A stretch of 61,293 bases of DNA, filler included, from Pirum gemmata (lineage: Eukaryota), in assembly GCA_002812295.1 (NCBI GenBank). It is 16 parts of 16 records of this genome, joined end to end, with 100 filler letters (N's around TTAATTAATTAA, not from the genome) between each part and the next. Parts side by side here need not be neighbours in the genome. Positions count along the whole stretch, not along the records: positions 49,431 to 52,575 come from PDIN01003347.1; positions 52,676 to 58,029 come from PDIN01003348.1; positions 58,130 to 61,293 come from PDIN01003349.1; 13 more parts are not named here. One strand, 5' to 3'. Positions 51,657 through 61,293 of this stretch are shown here, one piece after another. The notes beneath the pieces are model-generated. The model worked only from the letters and a program-made list of their open reading frames with translations. It was not told the DNA's origin and did not search any database. Positions within the stretch are counted from its first letter, which is position 1. Each line of letters opens with the position of its first letter. Position numbers and translations under genes: made by a program.

Positions 51657-51702
<46 letters not shown>

Positions 51703-52451
51703 GTAGTAGTAGTATTATTTAAAAAAAATAGTCCATATATTATTATTGCTATTATTGCAATGACTATAAATAAAGGAAACAGGTAGGAAATTTGGTTGCC
51801 GAAATCCGTGTCGTCTTGTGTGTCTTGTGTGTCTTGTGTGTCTTGTGTGTCTTGTGTGTCTTGTATTTCTTCGACAAGGGACGGCACATTTAATTTTTTA
51901 ATAATATCAACCAAGGCATCATCAGGAGACCAAGACAAAGGATTAGGGGTCAAGGCAAATACTTGGTAGTAAGGATTTTGTTTATTACTCGTTGTTGCGA
52001 AGTTAAAAGTAGAAATATAAATATTTTCCCAATTATGAACTACATTATTATTATCGTTTTTGATTGTATAATGTTCAAAAAATATTGAATTTTTGGCATT
52101 GTACATAAACTGAATATTTTGGTCTAAATTTTTAATATATGTTTTCCACACATCACATTGATTAATCAACTTTCTAATTTCGTCCCAACGGTCAACAGCA
52201 AAACTATCCTTTTCTAGTCCATTGACTATCCCAGGCCATTGCGATGGTACACTGTACCCGGAAAAATCATAATTATGGAAAAGGGATACCCATTTATCTA
52301 ACCCTAACCAATTATTAACTAGAAAAATAATTTTGAAAGTTTTATCCTTGCTTATAAAAAATAAAGTATTATTTAATAACAAATCTTCAGAGTGTTCAGT
52401 TATTATTGTTTTATTTTTTTCTATTCGTATTATTATTGTTTTCATTTTCAT
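51588..52451 (-). CDS. Hypothetical membrane protein with (QDT)n linker and C-terminal TM helix
   Basis: 287-aa intronless ORF; hydrophobic YLFPLFIVIAIIAIIIYGLFFL; 3' end overlaps the fibre gene by 15 nt. Confidence 0.7.
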
Positions 52452-53064
52452 TTATGTTTAAAAAAAAAATAAAATTCAGCGTTTAAATTGAATTCATAAT
52501 TATTATTTGTTTTCGTTATTATTATTTGTCGTAGTTATTATTATTTGTCTTCGTAGTTATTACTATTATTATTATNNNNNNNNNNNNNNNNNNNNNNNNN
52601 NNNNNNNNNNNNNNNNNNNTTAATTAATTAANNNNNNNNNNNNNNNNNNNNNNNNNNNNNNNNNNNNNNNNNNNNAATAATAATAATAATAATATAAATT
52701 ACATAAAGTAACATAGTCTAATCAGAATAAAAAACAAATAAAAAGAAAAGAGGAAAATTGAAAAAAAAAAGGAAAAAGAAGATGAAAAAGAACTGAAAAA
52801 GAAAAAGAAAAAGAAAAGAATAAAACGTTATTTATAAATTATAATGTATCATTTATAATTTATAACAGTATGAATTACCGTATAAATTAAACTGTATAAT
52901 GTATTATGTACAATTTATTTATGTAAAATGTATCAATGTAAAATATATTACATGCCAAAATAGAATTTTCCATAAATTCCATTCTGTGGACTTTTTATTA
53001 GGTAGACCGTAGACTAGACTCTGTTTGTCCAAAGAATCAAAACAAAAAAAAAAAACTTGAAAAA

Positions 53065-53123
<59 letters not shown>

Positions 53124-53968
53124 GGACAAGTTAATTAGTAAACACTTTTGCATTTTTTGTCCGAGACAAATTTCGGGCCCGACCGAGGGGGGTGCTCGGA
53201 CGTCCGCGGCCGTTTCGGACCTGTCCGGTTCGGACGGACACATTTTGCCCGAGTTGTCCGGTCGGACCTGACATCACTGGGTGCACAGCGGGTGCACCTT
53301 TTTTTCTCTTGATTTCCGGTGTTGGAATTTTTTTTTCGACATTTCCACACAAAATTTACTAATTAATTTTTTTGCGGAAATAAAAACCAGACGGAAATGG
53401 TTTTATCGGTGTGGACTAACTTCCCAGCTTTCTGCTCTATTCCTGTTTGAAAAAACGAGTTTTCGAGCTTATGTGTTAATTGGATAAGTTCGAAATATTT
53501 CATCTTACAGTTAAGTATTCGAATATGGTAGGTTGTAGTTATTGTTGTCCTTATATATAACAATTATATAAATAATTATTTATACTTTAATTATTTGGCT
53601 TTTAATTTTATAATTGAGCTTTTTAGATCAACGTCAAACATAATATTATATATTAAAATATACCAAATAAATTAACACATAGCCAATAGTAATAATTGGG
53701 TTGTTTTTATTGCACATATTTTGCCTAATTTTTTTTTATAAAAACACCTTAGCTAAAGTAGTGTACTAGAACTAGGAGGCTGGATTGGAATTCTAGTCTT
53801 GTAGATAGTCTAACTTTGCAAAGAAATCTATATTTTTTGTGCCAAAAAAATGAGCTAAAAACTCTAAAAACTCGATAATAAAAAATAATGTTCGAACAGA
53901 GCTGTTTTTGTTTTTTTTTTTGTTTTGTTTGTTTGATAGTCTACTAGAAGAAGTTCGAGCAGAAGAGG

Positions 53969-54008
<40 letters not shown>

Positions 54009-54517
54009 TTTTTTTTTTTTTTTTTCTAAGTATTTCTAAAATATTTACAAATTTAATAACATTTCTAAATGTGGCTGATAGAGTGCGAAAATTTTTATTT
54101 ACTTTATAAATGTTGGATGTTTTATAGATTTCGATAATAATTATTATCGATATATTAAACTAGCTAGTAACTAATTATAATGAAAGTTATTTAATCGAAA
54201 TATTATTATAGACGTTTCGAGTTGGATTGAAATTAGTTTTTCGCAAAAATGCGGAATTTCTGTTTTTCCTGTTCTGTTTTTTGACCGATAATTTTTCTTG
54301 GGAGGTTTTTTTTTTTGGTGGTCCAAGCCTCTCCAAGGTCTGTCTGTGTGTTTTTTTGTTTATTGATAGCCATTTTGTTATTTTGTTATCAATGACACTA
54401 AATTTTTTATATTTATTTGTTTGCTATTTGTTTACAGAAACACAAAATATCTTTTTTCAGTCTTTTTTCATAGGTATCGTAGACAAGGGTTTGACATAGA
54501 CATACTTAATTGTTAAA

Positions 54518-54561
<44 letters not shown>

Positions 54562-54735
54562 ATTATTACTATTTACCATTTACTGTTGTTACTATTGTTA
54601 CTATTGCTACTAGTTTACTATTGTTACTATCACTATCATCATCATTATTATTAAAACCTTCATTATTAGTTGTCTTTATTATTACTTGCTTCTATTTGCT
54701 GCTCGTTCTGAACTGCACCATTGTTAATAACAAAT

Positions 54736-54795
54736 ATGGCTTCAACGAATTATGAATTCTAAGTTTTGCTCATTACTGGTGGTGCTGGCTTCATA
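54736..54795 (+). pseudogene. N-terminal fragment of an NAD-dependent epimerase/dehydratase (dTDP-glucose 4,6-dehydratase-like)
   Basis: MASTNYEF*VLLITGGAGFI: Rossmann TGGAGFI motif with an in-frame stop and no continuation. Confidence 0.55.
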
Positions 54796-55038
54796 AATAA
54801 TAAATAATAANACTTTATATCTTAAAAAGGTATTTTTGCTTTTCATTTTGTTTTGTCATTATAAAGTGTACAATAAATAGTACCAAATTAATATTATATA
54901 AATCCATTTAGTCTAATTTGGTATATTTTTTTATCTATATATATATTAGCATAGCATGGCTGACATTTATTATTGTTATTATTGTTATTATTATTATTAG
55001 TACTATTATTATTATTATTATTATTATATATATGTGTG

Positions 55039-55073
<35 letters not shown>

Positions 55074-55191
55074 GTTTTAAAAATGAAAAAATTTAAATAA
55101 GAATGATAATTTTTAATATTATTTTTAAAAATAATTTAAAGTCATTTTGTCATATTTTTTTATTCTCTCTTTTAATTAATTAATAATATCA

Positions 55192-55548
55192 TCACAAGGT
55201 CTTGCTAGGAATAGCATATTCCTCATCCGAATTGACGTCGACCTCATCAACATAATTAGGCAGAGCATACTCATCAATATAAATGGCATTGTTATTATCA
55301 TCAGCAAAATCATCTATAGCCGGTGTTGCATATTCATCTATATCGACACTGCTATATGATTTCTCTGCCTCCCTCCTACTAGTCTCATCATCATTAATGT
55401 CACGGTATGACGATTCAGAAGCCGAAACGTCAGAATTGCCTATATGTATAGTAATAGTAGTAGCAGTAGAAATCGTAGTGGCATCTGTGTTTATATCAAA
55501 AATTTCATTATTATCCGAAGCATCGATATCATCCATACTAGTATATTG

Positions 55549-55586
<38 letters not shown>

Positions 55587-57838
55587 CATTAATATTATTA
55601 TTATAATAAGTGTTGTTGCTGTTACTTATGTTATGGGTGTTAATATATTCTTCATCACTTTGTAAAACAATACCATCACCAGCTTTGCTACCATTATTGT
55701 CATAATTCCCCATTAAGAAATCCTGTGTGCTCAACACTATAGCATTTTTTGTATTGGATTTGGACCATCTTCTTAGAAAAAAAATTAGGAGGAATACAAC
55801 AATGGCAATAAAAACGACAATACCTATGATGGTACCGACAAGGGAGCCAATATCACCGAATATGCTGTTGTTGATACCCTCTACGTTATTAGTATTGTAA
55901 CAATAAGGGTCATCGTCTGTACATAACTGACAGGTATTATTACTTGAGAGAAAGTGAGTTGGACTACACTTGGAGCATTGTTTATAGTCAGAGTCTTCGA
56001 AGCAACCCTCATCATATTGAGCACAGTCGCTTATATTAGCATAGCATGGCTGACATTTATTATTGTTATTATTTTCATTCAAATGGAAACCAATACTACA
56101 TTCACTACATTTACTGACATTGATTAAATCCCCAACAACACTCTCTTCTGGACACGGTGTATAATCTTGACGTAAACAATTTGGTGCTTTCGGACAAAGC
56201 TGACATTCATTATTGTCAGTTATTAAAGTGAAGCCTTCCTTGCAACGAGCGCATAATAAACTCGTGGTTAAATTTAAACAGGAAGAGTGATATTCCACAC
56301 AATCTGCTGTTTCCTCTTGGCACGCTTTACACTCGTTAGTTTCACTTATTAAAGCAAAACTTTCCTGACAACGAGCACATGCTAAACCAGTAGAGGCTGA
56401 ATTAAAACAGAAGGAGTGGAAATCAGTACAGTTAACTGTTAACTCTTGGCATTCGTCACATTGTAAATCCTTTTCATTTAAATGGAAACCAATATTACAT
56501 TCACTACAATTATTGACACTGGTTAAATTTACATTAAGAGTCTCTTGTGGACACGACGTATAATCTTGACGCAAACAATTTGGTGCTTCTGGACAAAATT
56601 GACATTCATTATTGTCACTTATTAAAGTAAAGCCTTCCTTGCAACCAGCGCATGCTAAACTCGTGGTTAAATTAAAACAGGAAGAGTGATAATCCTCACA
56701 ATCTACTGTTTTCTCTTGGCATTTGTCACATTGAAAATAACTTTGATCTAAATGGAAACCAGTTTCACATTTGCTACAAGTATTACCAGTCAGTATATTC
56801 CCATTCTCTTGACAAGTAGTGAAATTTTGACTTTCGCAATTAGGTGCTTCTGGACAAAAAAGACAGCTCTTCTTATCAGAACTATTTATGTGCCCAATTT
56901 CACATTCTATGCATTCAGGAACCGTTGTGCATGTTTTTTCATCAACTATTCTACAGTTGTTTATATGACAAGGAATTGGTACACATCTATTGTTTAATGC
57001 ATAAAACCCCTCGTTGCAATAAAGACACTTTCTTTGTCCACCAATCCCATAACAGCTATTGTCATATACTGCACACTGTGTTACATTTTGTGTACAATCA
57101 AAATCGGCTCGGTAACCATTGCAGGATCCGTCCATTAATTCATTATTAAAAGTGCCTGTAAGCTTATCATTATCAACACTAATTTTTATTTCACCTTTTC
57201 CTAGTGGTCTTTGGTAAAATACTGCATAGGCAATACTGTTTTCAACATCGCAATCTATTTTGAACCAACTTTCATCATTAATATCTTCAAAGGTATATGA
57301 TGTAATGATTTTATATCCTTCTGACGTACAATAAAACGAAGATGTACCACACGCTCCTCTATTCCCGTCTATCAAATAATCAGCGCTATAACGTACTAGT
57401 GAAGGTAAAGGGGATATAAATATTTTTATGATTAAAATAAAAGAGAAAGATGGGGGTTATGAGTTAGTCAGTCGTGTAATTTAATATAATAAAGACTTAT
57501 CATTATTATTATCATTGTTATTTATAAATTTACGTTCTTACGGTTCAGAATTTAATTTTTAGGGGTTTTAAGGGAAACTTACTTGTGTAAGGTACTTCAC
57601 AACCGCCGTCAATACTATTGATTTCACGTTCCCAACTGTTACTTGCTGAGGCAGATTTATTATACATAGTAATCAGTCTATCATTTGTTGTATATAATTC
57701 TAACTCAAACCCTTCTAACGGATCAGATTCAAACTCTGTTTTAGTTATCATAATGGTCATTCTCTTGGCAATGATAATTTCGGCCGTGAATATCGTTATA
57801 AATACAAATAACCAAAGGTCTAGGCATGCGGCAAACAT
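55192..57838 (-). CDS. Type I membrane protein, 2 exons (57838-57583, 57395-55192), 819 aa: signal peptide, discoidin/F-lectin-like region, CxxC furin/VSP-like repeats, TM helix, Tyr-motif tail
   Basis: Phase-1 GTAAGT donor and CTTCACTAG acceptor join in frame; CxxCxxGF repeats; TM LVGTIIGIVVFIAIVVFLLIFFL-RR. Confidence 0.88.
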
Positions 57839-58498
57839 TTTTATTTATTTATTATTATTATTAGTATTAGTATTATTTTTATTATTAATATTGTTATTAT
57901 TGTATTGTTATTGTTATTGTTATTGTTAATATTTATTATTATTTATTATTATTATTTATTATTTTTATTATTATTATTTATTATTATTTATTATTATTTA
58001 ATTATTATTTATTATTATTTATTATTATTNNNNNNNNNNNNNNNNNNNNNNNNNNNNNNNNNNNNNNNNNNNNTTAATTAATTAANNNNNNNNNNNNNNN
58101 NNNNNNNNNNNNNNNNNNNNNNNNNNNNNCTTGTATATTCTTCGGTACAATCAAAAACTTTGGTTTTCAGCCTTGATTTTATCCGAGTCTTGAATTTAAA
58201 ATGTTTTAAACCTAACAAATCAATTTTCGTTGACTTGTGTTAATTCTGCTTTTTCTTGACTCTACTTATGTTATAAATACTAACTTTGGGACCATATTAA
58301 TCACTATGTTAATTCTACTTTTTCTTGACTCTACTTATGTTATAAATACTAACTTTGGGATCATATTAATCGCTATGTTAATTCTGCCTTTCGCTATGTT
58401 ATTTATTAATAGCTATGTAAATTCTGACTTTCGCTATGTTATTTATTAATATTCTATGTCAATTCTGACTTTCGCTATGTTATTTATTAAAATTACAG

Positions 58499-60874
58499 GC
58501 TGTTTTAAATTCATGTTTTAGTAAGGGCAATGAGCATGTACTTTACTTAAAAAAAACGCCAATGGACTGTACTCAAAAAGTTAATAAGACTTCGTGCGGG
58601 GAATGTGATGTCGACCTTGTTAAAAATTTTAAGTGTCTAAACCGAGATAAATATATTCCAAAAGGAAAAGCTTTATGTGATTTAGAAGTAAGAAGAAAAG
58701 CCCAAAACGGCGGTAACTGTGTTCTTAAAACAGGACAAAGTCTGACATGTGAAAGTAAAATAATAGAATGTGACCAAGGAATAAACATACGAAAACGCGA
58801 TTTTGATGCCTTACCAGGTAATACATTTTTTTGAAATGGTTTAGATATCTTTTAATATAACTCCAACCCTAACCTTCTCTTTTATATAACTCTAACCCTA
58901 ACCTTCTCTTTTATATAACTCTAACCCTAACCCGTTTGTTATAAATATAATGTTTAAAAACAGAATGGGCTCGGAAAGCAAAATGCAATGGTTGGAAGAC
59001 TACTGGCTTATATGATTTCAAATCTTTGAAATACAAAACCAGACATGAAGCGTATACACAATGTCAGGCGCAACCTAACTGTACTGGTATGTTTACGGAT
59101 GAACTAAATGATTATAAAAGGTGATGTGGATCCTTTAGAAATGACATGCTCGAGTACGGACAATGAATTCAGAATGTATGTAAAACCAATAAAAAAGGAT
59201 TGTGTACAGGAAAAAGATGTGTGTACAGCGTGCACTGCTAAGGCAAAATGTAACGGAACAAAAACAAAATATATCCCAGAGGGAGAACAGCGATGCACCA
59301 CGAAGGCAGAAATTGCTGCTAAACATGGTGGTAGCTGTATTCTTCAAACAAATAAACTTTTCCCATGTGATCAGAAAGAGGTCGTATGCTTAAACGGAGT
59401 AGACATCAAAAAACAATTCCATGACTTGCCAGGTAAACGGATAATTATTAATTATGTTTTTTCATTTTTGTTTATAATATATGACAAATAATTATTATTA
59501 CTTTATGTTTTTTCATTATAATAAATTAGGTTTTTTCATTTTTGTTAGACTTGCCAGGTAAACTGATAATTCTTAATTATGTTTTTTCATTTTTGTTTAT
59601 GTTTTTTCATTTTTGTTTGTATGACCAATAATTATCATTACTTTAATAATGACAGAAACTAATTTTAAATTATGTTTTTTCATTTTTGTTTTACATGTTG
59701 GAATCTATATAAACATACAGCGTGGGCCAAAAACCCTGTGTGTAAGGGTTTCGATTTTGACAATAGCGGAAATTTCCATAATAAAAGGATATATAAGTTA
59801 ACTAGGTAGGTTATTCTATAAATTTAAATCTAAGTATTAGAGACTTTTACCTCAATAGACTTCAATCACAAAAATAAAAACTTTAAATTTTTCTTTTTCT
59901 AATATTTTTTCTTTTTCTAATATTTTCTTTTTTTGTACAGATTTCAGGCACACACCGAATGTCTCAACAACGCAACATGTCATTCATGGCTACTTTACTT
60001 CCATCCTTAATAATTACACAATAGGTAAATTGCGTTTCTTGTCGCTTTAAATTAATATTTTCACAATGTCAATTTCGCTTTAAATTAATATTTTCACAAT
60101 GTCAATGTCAATATCCGGTTAATTTTTGTTTCTTGTTTTTTTCTTTTTCAGGCAGCTATTATTTTCTTTACGAATCACCCACGCCAAGAAACGACAAATC
60201 TCTAACTTGCCAGGTTAAAGATGATGATTGGTTATTATTTAAAAAACCTGCGGTTTGGGGAAGTTGGAGTGCGTGGGATTGCTCTGCAAAAGTTTGTGGC
60301 AGCGGCACACAAACAAGATCTAGAACATGTCTGACCGGAAGAAACTGTATCGGAGACAAGATTAAAAAAAAGCCGTGCGACAACATGGCCAAGTGTTGAC
60401 ACTTGTTTTAAATGTATTAGAAACAACTTTTCTTGGCAAAATGGTGTATGTCAGCCTTGCAAATCAAATGGCGCTCTTTGCATTAACAGTGGTCATCCTG
60501 ATGCGAATCAAAAATGTGATAGTGTGGCCAGACACAGTTGTAGCACTTGTCTCAGTAAAATGTTAACGTGGGATGATGGGGAATGCCAGCAAGCTAAAGC
60601 ATGTTCAAAAAAAATTGGTTGCTTTAATGGCAAAAAGTTTCTACCTTCGTGTAAGACAAAAAATGCAGCAAAATTACCTTGTCCTGGATCACAGGTTCAC
60701 TGTAGAGATGTACCAGATGTTGCCAATAAAATAGCCACACACAATGATAAGATTTATCGTTATGATGATACTAAAGGTAACATCTGCGTTCAGGCAAGTG
60801 ATTTAGAAGAAGTTGAGAAAAAATGTGGTTCTTATTACAGAAAACATGGGGTTTTTACAATAATTTTTGGTTAG
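58499..60874 (+). pseudogene. Multi-exon Cys-rich extracellular protein with a thrombospondin type-1 repeat, carrying three apparent frameshifts
   Basis: Exons 58499-58817, 58964-59432, 59721-59805, 59941-60024, 60152-60874; TSP1 WGSWSAWDCSAKVCGSGTQTRSRTC; frame breaks near 59115, 59980-59987 (TCAT duplicated) and 60397. Confidence 0.7.
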
Positions 60875-60971
60875 AGGTGTTTGTTTCGCAGCCTTTTTTT
60901 TTTTTTTGTTATTATTATGATAATTATGGCGCTAATCTTTAGGGTTAAAGGAAAGGAATGTTTTTATTAAA

Positions 60972-61011
<40 letters not shown>

Positions 61012-61293
61012 GTAGTAGTAGTAGTAGTAGTGCTGTTAACAATTAAAGCTTATTTCTAATAATAATAGTAGTAGTAGTGGTAGTAGTGGTAGTAGTAGTA
61101 GTAGTAGTACAGCTACTACTAATAGTAGTAGTGCTGTTAACAGCTACACAAAAAATTTGTATATTTTAACAACATTCATTTTTAATAAATTAAACAACTA
61201 AAGCTTATTTCTAATTCATTTTTATTAAATTAAACAATAACTAATTATTATTTATGGCGCTAATCTTTAGGGTTAAAGAATTGTTTTTATTAA

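Overview
This window is not one locus. It is 16 short scaffolds (mostly about 3.1-5.9 kb) joined by 15 artificial 100-nt linkers (N44-TTAATTAATTAA-N44), so adjacency across linkers has no biological meaning. The DNA is from a very AT-rich, microsatellite-rich eukaryote with GT-AG introns and many interstitial TTAGGG-type repeats. Gene content and intron positions suggest a unicellular opisthokont, probably a holozoan such as an ichthyosporean (inference only). Host genes reconstructed by hand: glia maturation factor, a WD40 exon (Dug2-like), a phospholipase D-like exon spliced in frame to an ankyrin exon, a secreted lipoxygenase with atypical metal ligands, a Cys-rich type I receptor with a Tyr-motif tail, a temptin-like protein and several pseudogenes. 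At least four MITE families recur. The most striking content is two intronless, gene-dense, virus-like scaffolds. The first carries a PolA-like (TVpol-type)/SF3 helicase fusion next to an amplified array of prolyl-4-hydroxylase-like 2OG-Fe(II) oxygenases and abuts a spliced host exon. The second carries a fibre protein with a Peptidase_S74-type chaperone. All family assignments come from motif recognition by eye; no searches were run.
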